A stretch of DNA of 64,000 nt. Source: Vicugna vicugna. Its lineage: Eukaryota. The number at the start of each line of letters is the position of its first letter. The first letter of the stretch is position 1. The stretch spans positions 248,001 through 312,000 of the forward strand of contig MU057640.1 of NCBI GenBank assembly GCA_013265495.1. The letters are read 5' to 3'. The notes below the pieces were generated by a model. That model saw nothing but the letters and a program-made list of their open reading frames with translations, ran no database searches and was not told where the DNA came from. Positions 48,481 to 60,640 of this stretch are shown here, in pieces. Position numbers and translations under genes: made by a program.

Positions 48481-50835
48481 CATTATTAGGAAGAACTGAT
48501 TTGGGACAGTTTTCTGAATGAGAGCACTTCGCCAAGTTGTAGATACATGCGAATGAGGAGGGACTGTGTGTGTGCAGGGAAAGAGACACTGACATTGGGT
48601 CCCATGGGAGTGCTAGGCAGTAAGTCAGAACCCTTCTAGCTCCATTTAGAGAGGCAGGTCTTAGAAAAGTGGCTTTCCATAAGCATAGGACCCTCTCCAG
48701 TTGGCCTCTCATTTCCATGTACTGGCTTCTGATCAGTAGAAGCCAGTAAGGGCATCTGGGATTACAGAAGGACGAGAGAATATTTGATCTGATTCTGAGT
48801 TGGGGAGAGGGTAGATTGTGATAGAAGTAGGTTGGGGAGATGGAAGTGTGTGGCAGGTAGGGGCGATTGGGGAAGGGCTGGTATAATGTTCATACTTTCC
48901 AGTGAAGGTAATATCATTAACGTCTACTTTCAAGTGAAGACTGTGTGAGTTCGCTTCACTTACAGGCTGTATAACCAAGGGCAGGTTAAACTCCCTGCCT
49001 CAGTTTCACTTTTTCATTGTGTAGTTGAGAAGATTCAGAGGTTAGGAATGGAAGTGGAAAGGCCCTTATCACAGGGCCTGGCGGGTAGAGTCCAGCACCA
49101 GGTCGTTGCGTTTGTCAGTATCGGGGAGGATTTGCGGCACATTGACTCAGTACTTTGAGCTGTGATGACTCCTCAAGTCTCCAGATTGGAGGAGTACCTC
49201 TCTAAGTTACCATTTGAGAACTCTAATTTCCCACTAAGTATTTTTCATCTGTCTATTTTCTCCTTAGATAAGATGATGGAAATGAATTGTGTCATGATTC
49301 CTATATACTTCCATCGTCAGCTGAATACTTGGCTGACACAGACTTCTCTTTCTTGGCTGAGAGGAACTAATAGTTATGGAAGAGTGACCCAGATCCCATG
49401 CTGCCTCCCTTGTTAGCGATAATGTCTTCATTATGGATTATGCTCTAATTGGGTGACAGGGTGGACTAAATATTTTATAAATGGAACACTTGGATTTGGA
49501 TGATTCTTGTTGGTTTTGCCAGCAGTTCTCTTTAACGCCAGACTTTGGAAAGTCATACTTCGGATTGTTGTCACTTTAGTAAAGTGAGAGGCAGATTTGG
49601 GATGGACCAGTAACCCTCATGGGTATTGTGTCAGCACCAGGAAGTATTTTTTGAGGGAAGGAGGGTGTGTCTTGTTTTCTTTTTGTAAACACTGATACAT
49701 ATTCCTTAGCAGAATATTAGGAAAATATAAGGAAGTGTATTAAAGAAGACAGATCCCACTACCCAGAGATGATATTCGTCCATCTTTTTTCTTGTAGTAC
49801 ATAATATGTATACAATTGGGTCGTTTGTAGAGACTTCTGCCTTCATTAATATAGACCATTTTGTGGGAAATAACAGTTAATAATCGCAAGCAGCACTGGT
49901 TGGGACTAATGGATTAGACATAGAATTTTAGGTGGTGATTTGTTCTCATAGTCATAAGTGGAAAAATACTTTGAGAAAATATCAGATTCACTTTTCCAAT
50001 GTGAATATCCAAAACAATTCGATGATTGTCTGATAGAAATCTTGATGATAAATTCAGCTAGTTTGTAAACTCCTGGAGAGCAGGACCGTGTCTTCTGCCC
50101 TGTATCTTGTATGATGGTAGGCATGTTGCCAGAGCGAAAAATACTTGTTGTTTGGTTGATGTCACATCTCAACTTCAGTTTTGTAAAAATGAGTATCACA
50201 CCAATACTTAGTTAAAAAAAAACAAACAAACTAAAATCATAAAAATTGGCTTAGAGTGACAAGTTTCCCTCCTCCTCTATCCCGTTAGTCTCCTTTGTTA
50301 GAACAATCACCATTAACAGTTAATTGCAGAAAACCAAAAACAGTTAATTGCATGCCCTTCTAGATTTTTTTTCACATATATTTATGAATATACACACATC
50401 CTTTTTATTTTTCAACAAAAAGGAACCAGATATGCTTCCTGTTCTGTCCTTGGCTACAGAATACATCTTGTAGAATTTACCAGCACATTGAGGTCTACCT
50501 CATTATTTAAAGGCTGCCTAGTACTCTGTAGTACTCTGTTGAATGGTTTTTCTATAATTTTAGCCTATTAATGGATATTTGAGTTATTACAACCAGGAAT
50601 GTATTGAATAGTCTATAAATCTATTTAGAAATGGAGTCATTTTGTCAAATGATACGTACATTTTAAATTTAGATCTATATTACCAAATTTCTGAACCTTA
50701 TTTTCTTAGCTTCTGCAGTACTTCTGAGTCTCCCCTGGGTTCTGGTCTTGGCTCATCGTAGTTAAAATTTAAAGAGCTCTTACTGTGGTGCTTGGCACTC
50801 TTAGCATTTGAACTCATTTAATCCTGATGACTTTG

Positions 50836-51315
50836 TGTATTAGTTTCTTACTGTTGCTGTAATAGATTAGCACAAATTTAATGGTTTAGGACAACGCAAA
50901 TTTATTCTCTTATAGGTTGGAGGTCAGAAGTCCTAAAATGGGTTGATAGGGCTGTGTTCCTTCTAGAGGTTCTAGGGGAGAATTTGTCCTTTTCTTTTCT
51001 AGCTGAAGAGGCCTTTGGCGTACTCTGTTTTAGGGCCGCATCATCCAGTTTCAAAGCCAGCAGTGTAATATCTTCCAGTCGTTCTCTGTCTTCTTCTTCT
51101 GTTGTCACATTGCCTCTGTGTCTCTGGCCCTTCTGCCTGCCTCTTACGAGGATCCTTGTGGTTACATTGGACCCACTTGGATAATCCAGCATAATCCCCC
51201 CACCTCAAAGTCATTAATTCAGTCACATCTACAAAGCCTTTTTGCCCCATGAAGTGACATATTCTCAGTTTCTGTTCATTAGAATGCGAGGAGTGGGCAA
51301 TTTCAGCCTACCACA
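50836..51315. mobile_element. MaLR MLT1-like solo LTR
   Basis: tgtattagttt...cagcctaccaca termini and internal MLT1 motifs. Confidence 0.8.
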
Positions 51316-51334
51316 CCCCATGAAGGACGTTGTA

Positions 51335-51672
51335 TGTCTTAGTCATCTGGGCAGCATAACATAGATGGGGTGGCTTATAGACAACAGAAGTTTATTTCTC
51401 ACAGTTCTAGAGGCTGGGAAGTTGAAAATCATGGCGCCGACAGATTCAGTGGCTGATGAGGGCCTGTTTCATGACAGCTGTCTTCTCGACCTATCCTCAC
51501 ATTGCAGAGAGAAGCCTCTGGGTCTCTTTTATAAGGGTACTAATCCTACTCATGAGAACTCTATCCCTGTGTCCTCATCGCCTCTCAAAGGCCTTACCTC
51601 CTGATACCATCACATTGAGGGCTCGATCTCAACATAGGCATTTTGGGGGATACAAGCATTTTATCTGTAGCA
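51335..51672. mobile_element. MaLR (MLT1A/MST-like) solo LTR
   Basis: TG...CA termini; perfect 5-bp TSD TTGTA (51330-51334 / 51673-51677). Confidence 0.85.
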
Positions 51673-52329
51673 TTGTATTTTATAGATGAGGAGGACGCTG
51701 AAGCACAGAGAGACAAAGTGACTTGCCAAGAACAAGTTACAGGAAGTGGCAGAGGATTTGAGATCTAAGATCCTTGCTCTGTGACACTCCTGCATTCTCT
51801 CACCAAGTCATTTAAACTTGCTCATCAAACTTTATGGTCAATAGCAGCAGCTCAGCAGTTCCTCATCGCTGCTGGGAGGATCCAATGAAACAGCCCTGTA
51901 TAAATGCCAGATGGTTATCACTGAAGAGCCCTTTCCTCATAGCAGCGAAGAGTCCGTGGTTTAGGACCCAGCTTTATTTTTCTTTCATGTTTCTAGTCAT
52001 TTGTGGGTTTTGATTGTTTTCAGTTTAGTACATAGGGATTATTTTAGCTGCTTGTAGGCTTTTACTGTTATATGTGGTTCCCTCAAATGCTGTGGTCAAG
52101 AATCTTCTAAAATTTATCATTTACAATTTGAGTATTACTCAGTTTCTTTTGGAAAACCTGAAAGGACAAAAATACTCCCTGTTAGAGATGAAAATTTTAT
52201 CGTTACCCTGTTGCCATTTGAGTGTATACTAGAGTGGTACATTTAAGGAGAAACTGATTTTTGCTCTCAGAAGCAGGAACTCGTTTGTGGCTCTTAAATG
52301 GATACATTTGGCCCTTGTAGGCAAAGACA

Positions 52330-53110
52330 TTCATTCAGTCATCACATTGATTGAATATATGTTATGTTGCCAGGCACTTTCTAGGTTCCAGGGACACATG
52401 GATAATAAGAGTTGGTCCCTGCTGTCATAGAGCCTACCATTCAAGTGAGGAAAGAAGAGTTCACACGTGTAAAACACACGAAAAGATGGTTCAGATGTAT
52501 TATTAAGGAAGCGTGCCTGGGAAGTCACTTTTGCCAGGTGGTCAGGGAAGTTTTTATTGTAGAGACGACTTTTAAGCTGAGACCTAATGGCTACTACTAC
52601 CTGGGAAAATAGACCTCCAGACAGGAATGGGATCCAGAGCTGGTGGGTTGGCATATATGTGTGTGGGAAGGGTGCCAGTGTGGCCGGAGTGAGCTGGCGG
52701 AGAGTGGTAAGGATAGAGGTGCAGAGTTCAGCAGGTGTCAGTTCAGGTGGGGCCTTGTAGGCCACGAGAATGTGTGGATTTTAAGTGTAATGGGAAGCCC
52801 CAAACTGCTGTATGCTAGAAGGTCACATGAGCTGGTAGAACTTTTTAAGAGATGGCTCTTGACTTTTGGTGTGAAGACTATATCTTATTGATTGTAGGAG
52901 GGTGAGAGGGAAAGCAAGGAAACCACTTGAGAGGCTGCTACAGACGCTGAGGGGAGACGTGGCTTCAGTTTGGTGTGATTGTGGACACAATGAGATGGAA
53001 AGACATTGATGAATCTGGGACAAAGTTTGGATGTCAAGCAGGAGTGCTGGTAGGGTGGAAGGGTGAGGGAATGAGAACTCAGTGGTGACTCCTAGGTGTT
53101 TGGTTTGTGG
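52330..53110. mobile_element. L2 LINE fragment
   Basis: cattcattca...tatgttgccaggcact end and degenerate L2 body. Confidence 0.6.
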
Positions 53111-53164
53111 AAAGAACACCTGCTTAATACTCCAGGTTTTATTGACTTAAATTGATAAAATAAA

Positions 53165-53288
53165 TTTTTAAGTGGGGGAGGGAGGTAATTAGGTTTATTT
53201 ATTTATGTATAAGGAGGTACTGGGGATTGAACCCGGGACCTCATGCATGCTAAGCATGTGCTCTATCACTTGAGACATACCCTCCCCC
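53165..53288 (-). mobile_element. vic-1-like SINE
   Basis: Reverse-complement family sequence with A and B boxes. Confidence 0.88.
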
Positions 53289-53357
53289 AAAACAAATTCT
53301 TTAAGAACTGAATTCACACAATAAAGAGAGATGAATCTCCTTTGATCCTATCTAACA

Positions 53358-53565
53358 CAGTAGTTCTCCCTGGGAGTGAGTTTGCTCCCCCAGGGCACAT
53401 TTGCAAGGTTAGGCGACATCTCTGGTTGTGACAGCTAGGGGATAGGGGATTGTGTGCTAGTGAGTAGAGGCCAGGGTGCTGCTAAATGTCTGAAAGTGCA
53501 TAGGGCAGCCCCCACACAAAGAATTACCTGGTACAAAATGTCAATAGTGCTGAGATTGAGAACTG
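53358..53565. mobile_element. MER20 (hAT-Charlie) DNA transposon
   Basis: cagtagttctc...agaggccagggtgctgctaaa...caaaatgtcaatagtgctgagattgagaactg resembles the MER20 consensus as recalled. Confidence 0.8.
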
Positions 53566-55082
53566 ATCTAACAGGTGAAGGTTTGGTCTGATAGGTGATC
53601 TGGGTTCCTGTGAAGCAGAAAACAACCAATACACCAGTTTTTCCTCCCTCTTTGGGTTCTGTTCATTCCTCAGAAGTAATTTAACTGAAATCAATATTCT
53701 TATTTGGCGTATTTTGCAACCTCTGTGGTGAAATGGTTAGACTTTCTGCATTGTATTCATTGATTTTTCTAGACCTCAGTGCAACAGTACTTGGAAAACC
53801 AAAGGACTTAGGGATCCATTATTTAGAGCCCACAGTAGGTAAATGATCCACACTGACAAGTCATCTATAATCTCTTGAAGTTGAAGACCACACCCTTAGC
53901 AAATAACTCAAAGGTTAGAGGAATAAAGTTCTAACAATTAGAGTTCTCAGTGGATGTAGGGGGTAGTGTTTTCCAATCTGTTGGGTCTTGTGAGGGATCC
54001 TGACATCTTGTCTTATCAGAACATTTTTAGTGAAAGAGAAAAAACGTGAAAAACATGTTTATATAAAATAAAATTATATGCATGTAATTTATATATATCA
54101 CTTTATAAATATGAACATATTTAAACCCCATGCAAGTTGCTCTTTTTTTCACAACCACCCCATTCTCCACTTTGTTTCTTTTCTACAAACGTCCTATAAC
54201 TGCCCTTTTTCCAGGGGAACAGAGCAGCACCCTGACCAGCAGTTACACCTGTTTCATCTTCGTGCTGACTGACCCCTGACAACAGGAGAACCAGGGAGCT
54301 TTTCATTCCAAAAGACTCCTAAGGTTAAATCCCCTCCTGCTGAACATGCAGGGGGATGGGGAAGCCCAGTAGCCCAGCAGTGGGGTCAATGAGAAGCTAA
54401 GAAAGTGTCCCTCCTGAACTCAGAAATAGACAGCCTTGGGCCCTGTCTGAAATGGAAGGCCAAGGTGAGTCTTCGCTGTCCTTCCTTCTGTTGTCAGTGG
54501 TGGCCCTCATCTCACTGAGACCGTTGCTTTAAGAAGACCCATCACGTTGTTTGGCTGCTTCCCTTGTTTACAATCCCAGAATAGTGTGGCTCAAAATACT
54601 GTGACTTGGCTTTTTTTTTTTTTTAATTGGCTAAAAGAGACATTATTCTAGTGGGATTCAGGAATGGAAAATAGCAGAGGATGTTTTTGTACTGTTGGGA
54701 ATCCGTGACCACAGACTGGCTGTGCTGGTCTGCCCCATTCCTGTGCTCCTTCTGCCTGAGCCGCATCTGCTGCTGACCCCTGGGCCCTGTGCTCTGCTTC
54801 CTGGTCTAGGGTGCCCTTCTGGGGCTTGCTCTTTCCAGGACCTCTCTTTCAGACAGGCTGGCAGAACACCCTCAGGTCTTAACTTTGCTCCGTAGGTCAG
54901 GAGCCTGGGGAGCATAGTCTTCTAAATTGTGGAACTTCCCCATTTTTTTCTTCGAATGGTTGAACTATTATAATGTAAGGACTAATTCTGGTGCTGTGGC
55001 TGGTTAGCCCTTTGGCAATTTCTGGTCAGAATCTGAATGTGTTCACTATTGGTTGTCAGGCGCTATATTAAAAAATGCAGGA

Positions 55083-55202
55083 GGGGGAGGGTATAGCTCA
55101 AGTGATAGAGCACATGCTTAGCATGCATGAGGTCCTGGGTTCAATCCCCAGTGCCTCCTGTAAAAATAAATAAATAAACCTAATTACCTACCCCCATCAA
55201 AA
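55083..55202 (+). mobile_element. vic-1-like SINE
   Basis: Family sequence; TSD aaaaaatgcagga. Confidence 0.9.
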
Positions 55203-56979
55203 AAAAAATGCAGGAAAAACATTCCCCATAGATCTGCTTAGGAGCTGTCTGTCAAAAATAATAAGTTATAATTGGATGAGCAGCAGAGGCGTCCTCCTGC
55301 TCCACTGCCTTTTACTCATAGGAACCCAAGTAAAAGCCCTTTTGTTTAGTAATGGTAGTAGGGGGAGGGCATTGTGTGGTATTACTGGGAAACCAGGGTT
55401 GAGGGTGACTCAGACAAACAGAGGATGAAAGAGCCCCTATTATGTGCCTCCAGTTTTGCTCAGCATCTTCTGAGCTTTCTCAGCCTTGGGCTCATTCGGT
55501 TACAACAGGCTCCTGGCACTTAACCTGGGAGGCTATTTTGTTTAGCACAGCGCTGTTTAAAATTTGACCCATACAAGTCATGAAAACTACTGTGAGTCAG
55601 CTTTTCAGGGAACCTATCTTGAACTATTTCAAGTTACCTCTAATTTGTGTGATTCTACTTTTTTCTGGTCTGTGCATTCCTTGAAGTGATTGATTTTTTT
55701 TTTCTGGAATTGGGCAAATATTTGGCTTTTTGAACCAGGGTTAATGTACAGGCAGATTTCTTATTAAGTTGACAGTGTGTATTTTCCCTGTGGCTGCATC
55801 TCCTGGCTGTACCGCCCTTGAGTTTATCCTGGAGATTGTGTCTGTCGCTTGGAAGCCTTCTGATGGCCGGCTGGACTTTTCTGGGGAGTCCTGCCTGATT
55901 TGGGAGGAGCTCCCATGAGATCATTTCTGTCTGAGGTTAGAACTGCTCAATGTAGTGAGCACATCTGATTGGTAATGGGCAACCAGAAGAAAGCTAATGG
56001 GCGAGACCACAAAGAAGGGAAAGAAAGCAGGGATACAGAAAGTTCCAGGTAAGAATAATTGGAAAGACCTATGGGAAGGGGCGCAGAGGGACTTTTGGAG
56101 GCAGGAAAGGGTGGAGGTTTCCTTGGAGGCTGTTTTGTTTGTTTTGCCCCTCTTTCCAATGGCTTTTGGCCAGTAATTAAGAGGCTCTTTTTGATCGGTT
56201 TGTGAGGTCGGCTTGGTGGTGGCTGGCATTCTTGGGCAGAGAAGTGTGCCTTACACAAGCACCTGGCTTCTGGCTTGACTTCACTGGAGGTTGATTCTAT
56301 TTTCTGGTAGCTTCTGCTTTTTTTTTCTTCCTCCTTCCTACTTTCCTTCTACTTGTGGCTGGATTATTGCTGTCTTAGGGAATTTGACTCTAGATATTAG
56401 AATACTTGAACAGACAAAGTCTGATTCTGGCATGTAGTTACCGACACCCCAGGTTCAAGTTAAGAGAGAACATAATTCAGCAATTCAGCAATCATAGAGT
56501 ATTCTAGAAATTCCTCTGCTTCTCAGCCCAGTCTCTTCTGCTTGGTGAATATGTCATCTCCATGGGTAATCTGTTTTCCCTAACTTCTCGTAACCTTGTC
56601 TTTTAAAAAGAGCTTAATTCAGTTTACATGTATCATTCAGTGGCAGTCATAAACATTTCTTGAGCGTCAATTACGTGCTTTATTAGTTTGAGCAATCTCT
56701 GTGAAACATGTTTCAAAATGAAAATTCAGAGGTTAAGCAAGACAAGGGAGGGATGGTAGAAACCCTTGTTCCTGGGAAAACCCTGTTCTCTTTTGTGCTT
56801 GTCTCTGAGTAGGGGCTGTTTGAGGATCCCACAGTTCTTTCTACGCACCCTTTCTGGTCCTGGTGACTGTGAGCTTTGTGGCCAGCAGGTCACAGGGTGC
56901 GCTGTTGTTCCCCCATGTCTCAGTTTACTCTGTTATTTGGATCTGGATCATCTGACAGACAGACAGGCAGAAAGATAGC

Positions 56980-57145
56980 CTGCTTTGCCTTTCTTTCTCT
57001 TTCTTCTCTTTCCTTCCCTCCCTCCCTGTTCTTCCTTCTCCTTTTCTTCTTTCCTGAATCCTCTCCTCTCTCCCCTTCCCTCTCTCTCTTCCTTTCCTCT
57101 CTTTCTCGCCTTCTTTTCCTCTTTCCTTCTCCCCCCTCCCCCTTC
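56980..57145. repeat. CT-rich low-complexity polypyrimidine tract
   Basis: About 165 nt of almost only C/T. Confidence 0.9.
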
Positions 57146-58058
57146 ATGAATTAAGTTAAATCTACTAGTGCCAGGGGAAAAGGATTTCTTTCTAGGATTA
57201 AATACAAATGATTTTAAGCTTATCTACTGCTTTGAATTGTTCATACTTTTCTCTTCCTTTCATTACTACAGAAAATTGAGTTTGCTACTTAAAAAAAAAA
57301 AAGAATTGACCTAAAGAGGTTTTGACTATAAAGTTGTCCTCCTTGACCACCATATTTAAAAGAGTAACCTCTGCCCATACCTTACAGTCCTAGTCCTCTC
57401 CTGGCTTTTCTTCATTCCACTTAGCACCATTTGACATCATGTGTACTTAAAAATCAATTCTTGTGGTATAATTTGCACATAATATAATATATACATTGTA
57501 AGTTCTGTGAGTTTCAACCAATGTATATACACCTGTGACCACTTCCACAGCAGTCAGGAACTAGAACATTTCCATCCCCCAGAAAGGTTCCCTTGGGCCC
57601 CTAGGGAGTCAATCTGCAGTAATCACTGATCTGTTTTCTGTAACTATAGATTTGACTTTCTTAGAGTTTCATATAAATAGGATAATGAAGTATTGTTCCG
57701 TGTCTGGCTTCTTTCACTCACTGTCATGTTTTTGAGGGTCACCCATGCTGTTTTTTCTCTTCTGTTCATCCACATCAAGAACAGAATTCAGCACGTATCT
57801 CATTTGACATGTGCTAATGAGAACAAATCAGTTTAACCATTCATCAAACATTTAGTGAGTGCCTACTATGTGCTGACAGTTGAGGGAGGTAGAAACTGGC
57901 ACTAGACACTGAACTTGCGTATGGGGAGAGGGCAGCCTAGTAGTAATTGAAGATAAATACATAGAAATAAGGCGGATGATGTCAGAGCAGTGTAGAGAGG
58001 ATATAACGGAAATTCAGAGGAGGGTTACTATTGTCATTGGCTTTAAGTAGTTATAATA

Positions 58059-58144
58059 GGGGGGTGGATATAGCTCAGTGGTAGAGTGCATGCTTAGTAT
58101 GCATGAGGTCGTGGGTTCAAACCCCGATACCTCCATTAAAAAAA
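58059..58144 (+). mobile_element. Short SINE consisting of the tRNA-Ala-like head plus A tail
   Basis: Head ends ctcca+ttaaaaaaa with no cctaattacc segment; TSD about agttRtaata. Confidence 0.82.
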
Positions 58145-60176
58145 GTTGTAATATATGCCGTATTGTTACTTCATCAGGGCTCCACTAGAAACCAGGCCCC
58201 TTTCAGCCTCTACCTCAGACACCAAAGACCTCCTTATAAAGCTGTGTCATCAGTTAAGGTCTGTGACATAAACTGTGAGACGAGCACTTTAGTGAGTCTC
58301 TGATGAAGTAATAATTTTTGGAATTATGTCATTTTTTTGAAGACTGAATGCTTTCTTGTGCATAATATATATATTATGTAATCTTATAACAGCATTTTAA
58401 AAAAATTAAAAATATACATCCTTTTGAGGGGGAGTAGTGGTATTTGTTGAATAAATATCTTCCTTGTCCCATTATCCCTAATTCTCTAATGAGGCATTTA
58501 TTGGAAACCTCATCTCTCAGGAGGGTTTTTACTGGGCATAATGGAATGAAATTCTGTGGTGGTGTTGGTGCCGAGTGTGGCCTCGAGGCAAACCAGGGCA
58601 ACTGTAGTAACGTGGGTCGCACTTGTCTAGCATTTGCTGCGAGCCTCCACTGTGCTGAGTGCTCAGAGTGCATTATCTCACTTAATCCTCACAGTGACCT
58701 TGTGAAGTTGACTGTATTGTTATCCTCATTTTGCAGGTAAGAAAACGAAGGCCCCGAGAAGTTAAATAACCTCTTTAAGGTTATTCTAAAGTCAGTGAGT
58801 GGGAGAGGCAGGTTGGTTGAACTCTTAATGGGCATACTACACTGTTCTCTTCCCCAGGGAGAATATAGCATCTAGACATTCAGTGCTCTGTTCATTCCTT
58901 TCTATTTTTAAGCAGATATGTATAGATTTTCTACTGTGTCATGCATGCCCTGTGCTAGGGCTGCAGTGGTGGACAACACAGCCCAGACTCTTGCCAGCAG
59001 GGAGTACATTCTAGTGGGAAGTCCAGAGCCAGGAAAATGGGAAGATGTTAACAGAGCTGGTGGGTGGGGAATGGAGGCTGTGAGCAAGAGAAGGGTTGAG
59101 TAAGCTGTCCAGGGTGTGATCCAGGGAGAGGTGGACCTGAACCTAGCTTTCCTGTCTAGCCTGTGATTGTTACTCCTGCATCCCAGGGCCTTTACCAGAG
59201 CTTGTATCTATTTTTATAGCTGGCCAGATACGGGTCTACCATGCCACTTAAAAGGAGGGGCTTGCATCTTCCAGGTGGAAGCTCCTTGGAAGGGTCCCAC
59301 GAGGATGATGTGGTCTTGAGGATGACTCAGTCTTTCCAGTCTGTCTTCAGAATTCAGCATTGCTTTGGAAAGTTTTTGATTCAGATATAAATGGAGAGCT
59401 GAACTGAGTGAGTTGGGTGAAGTCAAAGAAACTGACCGTGGAGCTAAAAATGATCCTTTTTAAAGAATTTGTTTTGTGGATCATCTCTGTATAGGAACAT
59501 TCTCTTTCCTGCTGGAGGAGGAGGGTTGCTGCAAGCAGTGCTGAGAGGCCCTGCGTCAGAAGCACCACTGGTAGTTAGAAGACATGGGAGGAGGATTCCC
59601 AATCTCTCAAGTAATGAAACACTCTGGGGACACTGGAGTGGAAGAAAGTGACCTTTGCCCTTACCAGATGTACTCAATGTGTTTGTGAAGCCAGCCTTGT
59701 GACTTCAGTGGTCTTAAGAAAACATTTGATTGAGAAACAATTGCGTTTTTACATGAAACTCTATTGATACATACATGGATAAACACAAAGCTATACACTC
59801 CTTTCAGGATAGAATGAAAGGAAATTTTCTGAACTTCGCTGGGTTTTACTAGAACTTTCCAGGCAATAGGGATTTGCTATTGGAATGGATCCTCCTTTGG
59901 TTTTGGACTTTAAAAATAGACTGGCTACTGATCCATTTGACATTGTTTAAGTCAAGTCCTGTCTGAAAATTAGGCCATGGACTTAAATCATTGCCTGCAG
60001 TTCTTTTTAACGTGATGAAAGTTGCTCTGGATTTTTCGAGGAGAAGTTCTCTCGCTTCCCTCTTCTGCTTTCCCACAGAAGAGGGAACATGTTCCCTAAA
60101 TTCTGTACCTGTGCTGGTCTGACATCATCAGGTCAGTGCCAGACACTGGATGAAGCTTGATACATGTCTGTGGATT

Positions 60177-60640
60177 TGTCCACTGAGAAAAAACCGCACT
60201 GCCTGAAAGTTGAGAATTATGCTTTATTCAGCGACCTTACTGAGAACTGGAGCTCTGAGGAACCTTTTGAAGGGGTGAAGGAGGAGCCAGGATACAGAGG
60301 AGTTTTTGCGGGGGTGGGGTGGGAGATGTATTTTTTTTTTTCTCCAGCAAAACATCAAAAGATTATCACTAATCTTGAAAAACAGACATCTCAAGTTAAT
60401 GATTTTAATGCTTTTATATGTGTGGGAAGATGCAAGAGTCTGGGCTCATTGAAATTATTCCTTTGATATGCATCTTAACTCTCTAGGGCCAGTATCCTGT
60501 TTTTCTCCATCCTGAATTCCCCCAGAGCGGGCTGTGGGGGGGTGGGGCGGCTGCAGTGGCTGATGGCTTGATGGGGGCAGCCAGAAAGGTAGGCAACATT
60601 CTCTGTTTACTGAAATGGCAGGCAACATTTTTTTGGTCCA
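60177..60640. mobile_element. Solo LTR, probably class I ERV (464 bp)
   Basis: TG...CA ends with 4-bp TSD GATT (60173-60176 / 60641-60644); minus-strand AATAAA (tttatt) near the left end. Confidence 0.65.

Noticed and set aside
58059..58140. tRNA-Ala(AGC)-like sequences here and at about ten other sites, as tRNA genes
   Set aside because: They carry 5' extensions, A-rich tails, TSDs and stem-breaking mutations, so they are SINE copies.
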